A DNA stretch of 64,000 bases from Lingula anatina (lineage: Eukaryota; Animalia; Brachiopoda), in assembly GCA_051362555.1 (NCBI GenBank), contig CM120649.1, positions 6,014,001-6,078,000 of the forward strand. The letters run 5' to 3'. The notes below the pieces were generated by a model, which saw only the letters and a list, made by a program, of their open reading frames with translations, ran no database searches and was not told the origin of the DNA. Made by a program: the position numbers and the translations under genes. Of this stretch, positions 1 to 11,099 are shown in pieces. Numbering within the stretch: position 1 is the stretch's first letter; every line of letters begins with the position of its first letter.

Positions 1-69
1 CAGAAAACGTAATTCAGACAACATAGAGTTACGTGTAAATTTCGTGATTCTTTTTTGAATTCTTGCTTT

Positions 70-1302
70 TTATGCAATCGGGTTCATAACTCTGCCCATA
101 AACAGAACAGTGCCCGATGACTTCTCGCGAATCTGGAAGACGAAGGGTCGGTCAGCTCGGAATACAGGAGTCACTGACGTGACAGACAAGCCTATGCCTG
201 TGGCAGCCGCCGCCTCGGTTCCTTCCTCGTTGACGTCAACGAAAGCCTCGTGGATCGCCTCAGAAATGAACAAATCTCCTGGTTTCCCGCCAATTCCAGA
301 CAAATCAGCGCCGCCAAAACTGAAAATCTTCGACATTCCCATTTGAATAAGCACGGGCTTCAGATCTAAGCGCATGTCGCTCAGCTTGAACTTAGGTAGG
401 TACACGTTGACTGTCTGGTTCCACATTGTGGACAATGCATCATCCACAACTGATGCACTGGTCAGTGATCTTTCCAGATGACCAAGGTCATCAATTTGGT
501 CTGGGAGGAAGATGACCATACTAGCGTCACCATGGTACGGTAGTTCCAAAATTTTGCACTTCAGCGAAGCACTGGTTCCATACGGGAAGCTTTGTTTCTG
601 GAACATCATTGGCACGTTTACTTGATTCACGTTGGATGTGAAGAACGGTTGGGGACGGGTTTTTGACTCCGAAAACTTACTGGTCCAAGTTCCCTTAAAA
701 TATATAGCATTCACCAAAATTAGGATGAGCTGGGGGTTGATAAATGTATTTGGCAGAAGGTCGACTATCTTGTTATTTGTCTGCTGTTCTACCCAATTGT
801 TGATGTACCTGGTTGTGGCGGAAGGTTGACTAAAGTCCTGTACATCTAGGGGAGCATCGTAGTACCGTCCGCTGTCACCAATGTACTTTTGATTGAAGTC
901 ATACCCTTCCCTTCCAAAGAGCCGATTGGCAATACGGAGGAGATATTTGTTACCTGGGTTGGTAAGTCTAGTGAGGAGGCGTTTGAAATTAACGTGAATA
1001 GAGGGAATATTGCTGTAACCCATCACCCTTTTCATCTCTGAGCTCGTATCGCCTTTAGCGCCGAGAAGAACCATGCTTAAAGTAGTCGTGATGCTGAACG
1101 GACTGAAGAAAATGTTACCGGACTCGGCCTTGAGATTCTGGAACATGTTTAGAGCAAAGTTGGTGTTACTGGTAACAATCTGTTGCTCCAGTGGGGTGAC
1201 ACCCTGCGTCTGTGTACCATGACCAAGTGTGTCAAAGGACCAGTGGCTTATAACCACCAGCAAATAGACGAGAAGAACCGTTGATCTAACCAATGGATGC
1301 AT
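70..1302 (-). CDS. Secreted serpin (serine protease inhibitor), paralog 1; intronless CDS, 410 aa
   Basis: Serpin motifs NIFFSPFSI, INNWVEQQTNNKI, LVNAIYFKGTW, hinge EEGTEAAAAT and C-terminal FRADRPF..VLFMGRV. Hydrophobic N-terminal signal peptide. Probable 5'-UTR intron (acceptor ~1322, donor ~1612). Confidence 0.96.
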   Translation of the reverse strand: MHPLVRSTVLLVYLLVVISHWSFDTLGHGTQTQGVTPLEQQIVTSNTNFALNMFQNLKAESGNIFFSPFSITTTLSMVLLGAKGDTSSEMKRVMGYSNIPSIHVNFKRLLTRLTNPGNKYLLRIANRLFGREGYDFNQKYIGDSGRYYDAPLDVQDFSQPSATTRYINNWVEQQTNNKIVDLLPNTFINPQLILILVNAIYFKGTWTSKFSESKTRPQPFFTSNVNQVNVPMMFQKQSFPYGTSASLKCKILELPYHGDASMVIFLPDQIDDLGHLERSLTSASVVDDALSTMWNQTVNVYLPKFKLSDMRLDLKPVLIQMGMSKIFSFGGADLSGIGGKPGDLFISEAIHEAFVDVNEEGTEAAAATGIGLSVTSVTPVFRADRPFVFQIREKSSGTVLFMGRVMNPIA

Positions 1303-1694
1303 GATAGTGTGATCGTTTTGTCTGAAAAAGAACGTATATTAAACTTTAAGCTGTGTTTAAGTAGAAAATCTTCATTTTATTTTATATTGATGGTGCATTA
1401 TGAAATCAAGACTGACAAATACATGTAAGCCCTGAAAACAACCCACGAACGATACATTCATATAAAAACCAGTCTAAAAAATTTCCCTTAAATCAATACA
1501 GTGATAAGAAAAGAGAGTAATAGTGGAAAAATAAATAGGAGAACTTTGAAGTGAAGTTGAGGAAAACAACATTATGTCATACACATGTTCAAAGGGTATG
1601 AAACAGGGCTTACCTTTTAATCACGGCGAGGACTTTAATTTACGCCAGGCACGAACGTAGCTTGGAAATATGAGCAGGGTCTGTTTAACGTGGC

Positions 1695-1712
1695 ATGTTA
1701 TATATATATGCA
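1695..1712 (-). promoter_or_regulatory. Putative TATA box of serpin 1 (paralogous site ~4963-4970 for serpin 2)
   Basis: TATATA run about 90 nt upstream of a GTAAG donor (~1612). The donor-plus-TATA arrangement is conserved in the duplicate (donor ~4870). Confidence 0.45.
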
Positions 1713-3098
1713 GGCTACTAGAATAAAACAGCGATGAAAGCTATTTCCTTCTAATTTGTTACCTGTCTGTCTATTCCATTTTCACAGAGGGAGTTTTGTT
1801 TTTAAACGCAAGTTTCGTTTACATCAGTTTTAAAATTGCTCCTTCTTGACGATGTTAAATCACACGCTTTTTTACAATACCACTCCACCTGTGCCTCAAT
1901 CTTGTATAAAACAATTTTATAGGGATATAAGGTATTAGAAGTAAACTCTTAATTGCAATCCAGCCTATGCATATACATGCTTGTAATACAGCTCCATGTT
2001 GAGTATTTTCTGTATGCTGTCCATTATCTGATAAATGAGGGTTCAAAAGGGAAAATGTTATTACATTGCAGTATAGGTTTCTTTAAATAATTTAGTGAAA
2101 AATAAAAAAAGTTTCAAGTTATATCCGATGAGGACAGATCTTGGATGGATCATATACATGACGATCAGGGGTACAAATATGAGATTGTCAGGTCACCATC
2201 TCTCTCACAAACACACAAGCGGACAAGACCAGGCGCACGCATTGTCACTTAAGCTCTGGTTGAAGGACGCATCGTGCCAGGGTGTGCGTATATTTTTGCT
2301 AATAAATGAGGAAATAAGGTCGAAATGTTTTGAATAAAAGTCGTGATGAATGAGGTTAAAGTCACAGATCAAGGTTTTTTTTTGTCTTGAATAACATTTC
2401 AACTTTGCTTGTAATTGCCTTTTTAGAAATAAGTGCAATGCCACTCCTCATTTCGCGAGTTAAAGGAGTTGTTCTGGTCGTTATATTGGCTTAAGTTAAA
2501 GTTAAAAAAGAGTGTGACTGAAGAACATACACGTACAGAAATTCAGAATTTACGGATGAAAAGTAAATCCGTTGAATTTTAACACTAAAAGGTATTATAA
2601 TTACATTAACTATAAAAAGTATGAATAGTCTAAAATCCTACAAGTGATGTCTTGTCAACATGTACTCTCATAAAGATTCCCTAGAATGCACGAGTTTATA
2701 TTTGGGACAAAATAACATTGCTTTAAATTTGAAGTAACGTTTATCAAACATATTTTTGTAAAGTATTTTTTCAGCCACATTTGTTGTGGTCTTGGCTGAT
2801 CCCCATTTAATCTTTTGTTCGGTTAGTCTTCAGTCAGCAGAGAATAACCGTACTCGCGCATTCACTTAAGGACGTACAGTTACTAGTACACGGATGGAAA
2901 CATTAAAATGTGCATTTTACAATAAGTTAGGAAATCTGAAAAGATATAAAACCTATATCATGAGTACAATACTATTCTTGTCAAATTTTGCACACCATCA
3001 TTTTATTTTTTGATAGATTTCAGATGTTAAAAACGTAATTCAGACAACAACGAGGAGTTAAGTGTTCATTTCGTGATTCTTTTTTGAATTCTTGCTTA

Positions 3099-4319
3099 TT
3101 ATGCAGCGGGGTTCATAACTCTGCCCACAAACAGAACGGTGCCCGATGACTTCTCGCGAATCAGGAAGATGAAGGGTCGATCGGCTCGGAAGTCAGGAAC
3201 AACCGCTGACCCGTAACCCACGCCAATGGCCGTAGCAGCCGCCGCCTCGGTTCCTTCCTCGTTGACGTCAACGAAAGCCTCGTGGATCGCCTTGGAGACG
3301 AACAGATCTCCTGGGTTCCCGCCAATTCCTGACAAATCAGCTCCGCCTCGTGTGAACATCTTTGACATTCCCATTTGAATAAGAACGGGTTTTAGATCTA
3401 ATTGAATGTCACTCAACTTGAACTTAGGAAGATACACGTTGACTGTCTGGTTCCTCAATGTGGACAGAGCATCATCCACAACCGATGCGCTGGTCAGGGA
3501 TCTTTCCAGATGACCAAGGTCATCAATTTGGTCTGGGAGGAAGATGACCATGCTAGCGTCACCATGGTACGGTAATTCCAGAATTTTGCATTTCAGCAAA
3601 GCACTGGTTCCATACGGGAAGCTTTGTTGTTGAAACATCATTGGCACGTTCACCTGGTTCACGTTGGTTGTAAAGAACGGTTGGGGGCGGGTGTTTGACT
3701 CTAAAAACTTACTAGTCCAACTTCCCTTAAAATATATAGCATTCACCAGGACTAGGATGAGCTGGGGGTCGATGAAGTCGTTTGGCAGGAGGTCGACGAT
3801 CTTGTTATTTGTCTGTTGTTCTACCCAATTGTTGATGTACCTGGTTGTGGCGGCAGGGCGGCTGAAATCCTGTAGATCGAGAGGAGCATCATAGTACCGT
3901 CCGCTGTCATCAATGTACTTTTGATTGAAGTTAAATCCTTCTTTTCCAAAGAGCCGATTGGCAATACGGAGGAGGTATTCTTTTCCTGGGTTTGTTAGTC
4001 TGGTGTTAAGGCGTTTGAAATCTTCATGAATAGAGGGAAGGTTACTGTAACCCATCACTCTTTTCATTTCTGAGCTGGTATCTCCTTTAGCACCGAGAAG
4101 GACCATGCTTAAAGCAGTCGTGATGCTGAACGGACTGAAGAAAATGTTTCCGGATTTGGCCTTGAGAATCTCGTAAAGCTTTAGCGCGAAGTTGGTGTTA
4201 CTGGAAACGATCTGTTGTTCAGTTTGGGTGACAGCCTGACCAAGTGTGTCAAAGGACCAGTGGCTTATGACCACCAGCAAAGAGACGAGAAGAAACGCTA
4301 ATCTGACCGAAGGATTCAT
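3099..4319 (-). CDS. Secreted serpin, paralog 2; intronless CDS, 406 aa (start MNPSVRLAFLL)
   Basis: Same serpin motifs and highly similar to paralog 1. The ATG at 4317-4319 aligns with the paralog-1 start; the upstream ORF extension crosses a splice acceptor (~4340). Confidence 0.95.
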   Translation of the reverse strand: MNPSVRLAFLLVSLLVVISHWSFDTLGQAVTQTEQQIVSSNTNFALKLYEILKAKSGNIFFSPFSITTALSMVLLGAKGDTSSEMKRVMGYSNLPSIHEDFKRLNTRLTNPGKEYLLRIANRLFGKEGFNFNQKYIDDSGRYYDAPLDLQDFSRPAATTRYINNWVEQQTNNKIVDLLPNDFIDPQLILVLVNAIYFKGSWTSKFLESNTRPQPFFTTNVNQVNVPMMFQQQSFPYGTSALLKCKILELPYHGDASMVIFLPDQIDDLGHLERSLTSASVVDDALSTLRNQTVNVYLPKFKLSDIQLDLKPVLIQMGMSKMFTRGGADLSGIGGNPGDLFVSKAIHEAFVDVNEEGTEAAAATAIGVGYGSAVVPDFRADRPFIFLIREKSSGTVLFVGRVMNPAA

Positions 4320-5040
4320 CTTCACCCAATCAAAATTCTCTGAAATATAACACATTACTGTATAAGTGGTGTATAACCCGTTCATTCGTATGTTATTTTC
4401 ACATTGAAGGTGCATTTATAAAGTCAAAACTGGCAAATACACACGTCAGCTTCTTTCAAATGCACATACATTAGACGATTTTACTAAAAAAAAAATATTA
4501 TGGTCCTTCTATGTTTTGCATATCTCAATTTATGAGATGAGCATAAAAAGAAAACACGCTGGCACGTAAAATGAGAGAGAGATTTCATACACGAACATAT
4601 AGCAATTCTACATGTACATGTATCTGGGCGAACTTCAACCCATACAAGTAGTTCCACAGAGCACACCAACAAGTCACATACGAATACATTGATATGATAC
4701 CCCATTTAAAATTTCTCCTACATATAAAATAAAAATGAAAAAAAAGTAAATTAATTGGGCGATAATTAAAACAGAGTGCAAAACGGTAAAAGACGATCCT
4801 TTAATTCAGTAAAAGCTCAGAAAACAACATCAAGTCATACACACTTTTTAAGTGTATGAAGCAGGACTTACCTTTTAATCACGGCAAGAACTTACGTCAG
4901 CCACGTATGTAACTGGGAGATATTAGCAGGGACTGTTTAACGTTGCTTTTTATATATTCTGGTATATATACAGGCCTACTAAAAGCAGGATACAAAAATA
5001 AAACCTTTTTTCCTTATAATTTGTCACCTGTCTGCCAATT

Positions 5041-5075
<35 letters not shown>

Positions 5076-5377
5076 AATGGGAGTTTTTTTTTTTCACTGT
5101 CGGTTTCGTTAATACCGGTTTTAACTCTTACGTTTGTTTCTTGCCCATCTTAAATCACACCCTGTATTGCAGAGCACCTCCACATGTGATTCTGGTGTCA
5201 TGGACGCTATTTTTGGAATACATGTATAAGGGGTAGATGCTTAATTGCATTCCAGCCTATGCATCTATATTTTTGTAATCCAGCTCGATGTTGAGTACTT
5301 TCTACATGCTGTCCATGTAACTCAACGATAAATGAGGGTTGAAAAGGGACAATGCATCAAAGTATATGTTTTCTTAA

Positions 5378-5703
5378 AGGGATAATAACTCTTCGTATGA
5401 TATCTATATTTGACAATAAAAACATTGTGAACAACTCAAAGAAATATAATATATTCTGTTTTACCACAAAAAACGGCTTTTATTCTGATATCTGAGCTTG
5501 TCGTCAGATCACGTGACCTCCATTGATGGCTGTACTCGGTTATAATCTCTTAAGAGATTTTAACAAAAAACCAAACTTTTTAGAAAGAAAAACAGGAACT
5601 TTGAATGTAAAAAATGGATTCATTAACCATTGGTAAGTATGGGAAAATTGTTGTTTACTCCAGGAAAATTCATTTTTGGCCAAAACGAAGAGTTATTATC
5701 CCT
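5378..5703. mobile_element. MITE with 19-bp TIRs and TTAA target-site duplication (Kolobok/piggyBac-type)
   Basis: TIRs AGGGATAATAACTCTTCGT ... ACGAAGAGTTATTATCCCT flanked by TTAA (5374-5377, 5704-5707). The paralogous site near 2083 has a single TTAA and no insert. Confidence 0.88.
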
Positions 5704-6134
5704 TTAAATAAATGAGTGAAAATAAAAGTTTCAAGTTATAACCGATGAGAATAGATCTTGGATGGATCATAAACATGGCGGTCAGGAGTAAAAGTTTGAG
5801 GCAGTCACGTCACCATCTGTCTCACGTTCACATAAGCAGACAAGACCAGGCACGTTTTGTTACTTAGACTCTGCTTGAAGGATGAATCGTGTCAAGGTGT
5901 GCGTTAATACTTACAAATGAATGGGGAAATAAGGTTTTAAGGTTTTGAATAATAGATTAATTGTGGTAAATAAGATTGAAATAACGTGCACATGGGGATA
6001 TCTCTTTTGACTTAAAAATTCAGCGATACTTTCTGTAATATCATATGAATTACAAATTGACTTTTCTCGCCTTTTTACGAATTGAGAGTAGTGCCCTAGG
6101 GAATTAAAAGAACACTCGTTTAAGCATAGGTCTT

Positions 6135-6290
6135 CGTTTCATTAAGCGGATTTTCAAATCAGGCATGGCTGTCATTCTTGTATCGTGCATTTCCATATAT
6201 TCCCATTGTTGAAGGAATTACACCGTTAACGATATTAATTACGAGTTTCAGGGAGTTCCCTGGAAGCTACGCGATCGCCTACATATCCCA
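6135..6290. repeat. Dispersed repeat, diverged second copy at ~10105-10245
   Basis: Colinear shared motifs aagcggattttcaa, gtcatt, ttccatat, ttacgagt.tcaggg, gatcgcct. Confidence 0.6.
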
Positions 6291-6727
6291 TATAATGATC
6301 TTAATAATACGTAGAACGCGGAGACTTTTGAAGAGATGTAAATGCGTATGGGGTTTAGTTTCACTCGTTTCCTACGAATTGTGATTTAAATGGAGTGCTG
6401 TCGTTGTGACGAGAATGGCAGGGCGCTAGGAACCGCGGTCCGCTTCCATTAACTTTGAACAGGTGATATTCGTCCCAAATACTAACGTTAACCCAATACT
6501 CCAACTTACACTAACCCTTAAACCAGTACTTATCATATGGTACCCTCAAGTTCCGTTTCAAGGACTACGATGTATCGGGGTACCATTCCTGTCCCAAAAG
6601 TGACAAAGCTTAATTACTAGTTAGGATATAATTTTGTGTCACTGTATTTTATTTCTATGTACCTGCTATCCATGGGAATAGGGTCTATTTTGCCAAATTC
6701 TTATCATTATCTTATTTTTGTTATTCT

Positions 6728-6775
<48 letters not shown>

Positions 6776-7631
6776 TTTTTTGGCAGGTATTTGTCAATGG
6801 GGTGGTTTCTGTCCTAAAGTGTAGAGTTTGTCTTATCTTGATTTTAATTGCCACCTGAGGGAGTGCTATGCTATTTTTGACTTGTTCCTTAGAAAATGTT
6901 CCTCCAATTGTGTAAAAAAATCAATGCATTTGCATAGGTGATTTGGTCAAAAGTTTATAATAAAATACCGGTGCATTGTAATTAATACATTTTCATAAAT
7001 AAGGGAAGATTATTTTATTTTTAAATTGTTGAATTTATTTTGTTGTATTAATATAAAATGCGTTGCTATTATCGGAACCAAGCGTAAAACCCCAATTGCA
7101 AGCTAGCTGGATGCTGCGCGTTTTTGCAGAGAAACATAAAGTCAAACGTGTCGGAGGCATGCAAAGGGATGTGACAGTTGAAAAGGAAGACACAAGGGGA
7201 TCTGCCCTGACTGGAGTCTTGAGGAGAGGTGCTTGCTACATTGATGATCGTTGGTAATACCGCGACAATTCAAGTGTAACTTTACAAGTTGCAACTCTAG
7301 TGCCACCAAGTCTGAATTGAAACTAGAAATAGAGCAGTGTCAGTAAGCGTGTGACATCGCTAAAGAAGCAAAAACAAGGATACAGGGCCAAAATATTGTT
7401 TGTCTTACTTCCTACAACTGGTGCAAATCTATGTTTGAGCTGCATAGTTGAAAATGAGGCGTGTTATCAGAAACGGTTTGTCAGCATATCCCAGAGTCCA
7501 AAAAGAGAAGGCAGAGAATAATAACTCTTAAAATGTGAATCCTAGTCACTGAAGACATAGTCACGGATTGCTTATCATTTAGTATCGCAAAATGTTTGTT
7601 CTGAAACTGAAGTCATTACTGCCTATTGTGA

Positions 7632-8672
7632 ATGGAAAGAATTAATTCAAAGGAGGAAATTAATGTATTAACTATGCAAGAAGCACTCGGAGGATATCAA
7701 TTGATGGCTAGTTCAAAACAATTCCAGCACTTCATAGTAATACTTATCATAACTATACTGATTTGTCTGTACTATGAGACACGTTTACACACATTTAAAC
7801 TGGATCGTGGTCCACCAGCACCAATATACGTGCCACAGAAGACTATATCCATTAACTTCTGGGCTCGGTTGGGTAACCAGATGTTCCAGTTTGCTTCTTT
7901 ACTCGGGATAGCTGCCAGGAATAACCTCACTGCTGTGATACCCTATAACCCCGAGATGGAGCGAATATTTAAAATCAGCACCCCCAGCACAAAAAACCTC
8001 CAAAATACCCTGGGGATGTATCTGACTGTGACGCAGTTTTATGGGCGCTGTTGTTACTACGACATTCTCACTGAGACACTGGACCCCAGGTATAACTATC
8101 TACTTTACGGTTACTTTCAGTCGTGGAAGTATTTTAAAAATGTCAATGACATTGTGAGACAAGAGTTCCAGTTTAGGGAGGAGATCTTAAATGAAGCTAA
8201 AAAGTTTCATCGTGATGTCAGTAACAAGTTTCAGTGTCATGAGAATAATTCATGTACTTTTGTCGGAATTCATATTAGAAGAGGCGATATCTCTGATTAT
8301 GATGTATATAAAAAAGCTGGATATACCACCCCCAGTGAACAATACTTCAAAACAGCTATGAATTTCTTTAAAAGAAAACATAAAAACAAAGTGGTCTTTA
8401 TCGTATGCAGTGACAGCAGTAAAGGATGGCAGAAAAAGCTGACATCAAGTGACGTTGTTTTCTCTCACGCCAAGGACCAAGGAGTGGATCTCGCTATTTT
8501 ATCTCTGTGTCAACATATGATCATAAGTACGGGGACATATGGTTGGTGGGCTGCATTTCTGACAGGGGGCACCACCATCTACTACCGTGATTGGCCAAAA
8601 GCTGGGTCCTGGCTTTACGACCAAGTTTTTAAGGAGGACTACTTTGTGCGTGGTTGGATACCTATGAAGTGA
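7632..8672 (+). CDS. Galactoside alpha-1,2-fucosyltransferase (GT11, FUT1/FUT2-like), type II Golgi membrane protein; start may be ATG 7704
   Basis: GT11 motifs RLGNQMFQFASL, GIHIRRGD (GDP-fucose binding) and DLAILSLCQHMIISTGTYGWWAAFL. N-terminal TM anchor FIVILIITILICLYY. Single exon. Confidence 0.93.
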   Translation: MERINSKEEINVLTMQEALGGYQLMASSKQFQHFIVILIITILICLYYETRLHTFKLDRGPPAPIYVPQKTISINFWARLGNQMFQFASLLGIAARNNLTAVIPYNPEMERIFKISTPSTKNLQNTLGMYLTVTQFYGRCCYYDILTETLDPRYNYLLYGYFQSWKYFKNVNDIVRQEFQFREEILNEAKKFHRDVSNKFQCHENNSCTFVGIHIRRGDISDYDVYKKAGYTTPSEQYFKTAMNFFKRKHKNKVVFIVCSDSSKGWQKKLTSSDVVFSHAKDQGVDLAILSLCQHMIISTGTYGWWAAFLTGGTTIYYRDWPKAGSWLYDQVFKEDYFVRGWIPMK

Positions 8673-9535
8673 TGATTAATGCAGGGGTCACCCAAGCACA
8701 ATACATTTGAGCTGAATTTGCTGTTTTTATAACTGTGGTAAATTGATAAAAATGAAGGAATGGATACACGGATAGAAAATATTAATTAGAAAACCCAAAA
8801 TGCATTTTGAAAACTAGCCAAAGTCATTTTTAGTAGTTGTCAAAAATGTAAAGAGTCAAGATTTGGTGCTTCTAATTATTATTACTAATATCCCAAGTTA
8901 TATAAAGTGAGATTCATTTCTGTAACTCAAATGACTAAATTACTGATTTATGAAATAGTTGCCCGGGGTTATGTTTAAAATTGTTCTAAAACCACAGTAG
9001 ACGGGTGCTTATAAGCAAATTGCTTTACTGAATAACCACATATTTCCTGTAACTATCAGGAACAAAATTTTGGGTATCTGTTACACATAACTATATAGGC
9101 AAAAAATTCTTCCAACAGAAATTAGTTATGGAATTTTCAGATATCTTGTAAAAAGATAGCAGAAGGTATACAGATATTAAACTGAATTTATCTGCTAGTA
9201 GGTATTTAACACAATCTACTCACAAGTGAATTTCTAATTTCACTTATGTATATATTTTGTCTGTTGAAGGCCAATAAACAGAAATATTTTATCCTTATGC
9301 TTTCTTTTCTTATGTTTATACAGCATGTACGTGTAGTACTTCAAATGTATGATAAATGCTAAACATTGTACACTTTTGTGAATGAAAGTGCAGATTTGTA
9401 ATCAAAATTCTTCAAATGTATCATTTGGCTTTACAAAAAAGTCTTAAACATGATATTTGCCCTTGCATCATCAGATAGAAAATGTCTTTTTAGATAAATA
9501 CACAGTTTTTCCTTGTGTTTTTATTTAAAGGTCAC

Positions 9536-11064
9536 TTAGGCATCTGAGTAAAGCGGGTTCTCTATATGAACGCTGGAATCCATCTTAGTGTCCATGTGGT
9601 CATTCTGGAAACCCACTGATATGTTCTTGTCTCCTGGCTTGCCCGTATTCTGACGTTGACGTCTGAAATTTAAACCATCGTAAACAAAAATAATCTGCAT
9701 CTTTTTGTACACATCAGAGTTCTGGAAGTGTAGTTACCTATTGGAAGGCTAACATCATTTCTAGGTACAAGCGCTGAGGTGTGGAATATATATTTTTTCC
9801 CAGTGGTGCACATCGTAAGACAGTAGCTTTATTTCTTTTGTATGTATGTGTAAAACACGAAAAATGCATTTTTACTTCAAAGTGCGAGGTTTTAAGTAAG
9901 ACATGCCATGTCGCAATACCAACATTTTTTCTATTTAATTTTTGTATTGCGTGTGAAAATGTGAGGTGCATAAGTGGGTAACCGAAACGTTTATTTTTAG
10001 CTTTGGCGTCAGTTTATTTTAATTTTTTTTTCATTATAATTGTTTTGAAATGTTTTGAATACCTTCACTTCTAAGCGAAAAATTGCGTTTATGCATCGGT
10101 TTGCGTCCCATAAAGCGGATTTTCAAGCGACGCAGTGCCGTCATTGTAAACTATGTTCAGTTCCATATTTCCGTTGTTGGAGGATTTTCCGTTTACGAGA
10201 TTACGAGTGTCAGGGGGTTTGATGGCACGTGATCGCCTGGAAATAGCCCATTAAAGATGATGAGTTAAGTTTTTTTTTGTTGTTATTAGCGCATCACACA
10301 TTGTGTTTCAGGGATCATTTCAAAATTTTTAACCAGATAAAAAGGTACCCTGCTTGAATTATGCGAGGAATTAAAAAAAAAAAAATTGCAAAAAGACGCC
10401 AAAGGTATATGTGCACATTCTATTTTCCAAAACATAATTTATTTTTCATTAACTGTTCTGACGCGCTTGTCCAAAATGAGAAGACTGCTGAAAATGCTAT
10501 TCATGGTAAGGCAAAATAACATCCTTTATTACCATATTAGCTGATCGCTCCTCCCAAAAGACTTTTAAGGCGTCAATAGTAAATTTAGTGAAAAAGTGCT
10601 AGCTGTACAAGTTTGTGGAAATGTTGAAAAAAATCAGTGTTGAGAATCAAGTTTAGTTTTTTTAAACTTTTAGTAATCTTTTAAAGAAAATACACTTTTT
10701 GTCGTGCTACTGTTTTTAATTGCTCTGTTGCTTTCAATCTATCGTTTCGAGTGACAAACGAGAGACCTTAGAAGAGATGTAAAAAGCAGAAAGGACTCAC
10801 CTTACGATAAAAATAAGAGCAATCGCCACTACCACAATGGCCACCAACCCGCCAGCAGCGCCACCTGCCGCCACAGCCACATTGCCTGGAAAATAATAGT
10901 CTTTACTATTCTATATAGCATACACAAAACAAAGGCAAATACTCATTTGCCGACTAGCCCGGCCGATAAGAGAAGGGAGTCGGTTTTATTTCTTTCAATT
11001 GGAATTCATTAACAAATAATACAATACGTTGTGTGTAATATATATTTGTGCTTTGTTGTACTAA

Positions 11065-11099
<35 letters not shown>

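Larger units (their letters stand above)
1..5950. repeat. Tandem segmental duplication of ~3 kb (1-~2335 vs ~3030-~5950) carrying the serpin gene with UTRs and upstream region
   Basis: Shared non-coding blocks: aaaacgtaattcagacaaca (4 and 3030), cttaccttttaatcacggc (1609 and 4867), cagcctatgcat (1961 and 5253), agatcttggatggatcata (2136 and 5753). Confidence 0.9.

Noticed and set aside
4320-4415. N-terminal extension of the serpin 2 ORF (MHLQCENN...)
   Set aside because: It runs through a 5'-UTR intron acceptor; the ATG at 4319 aligns with paralog 1 and starts the signal peptide.
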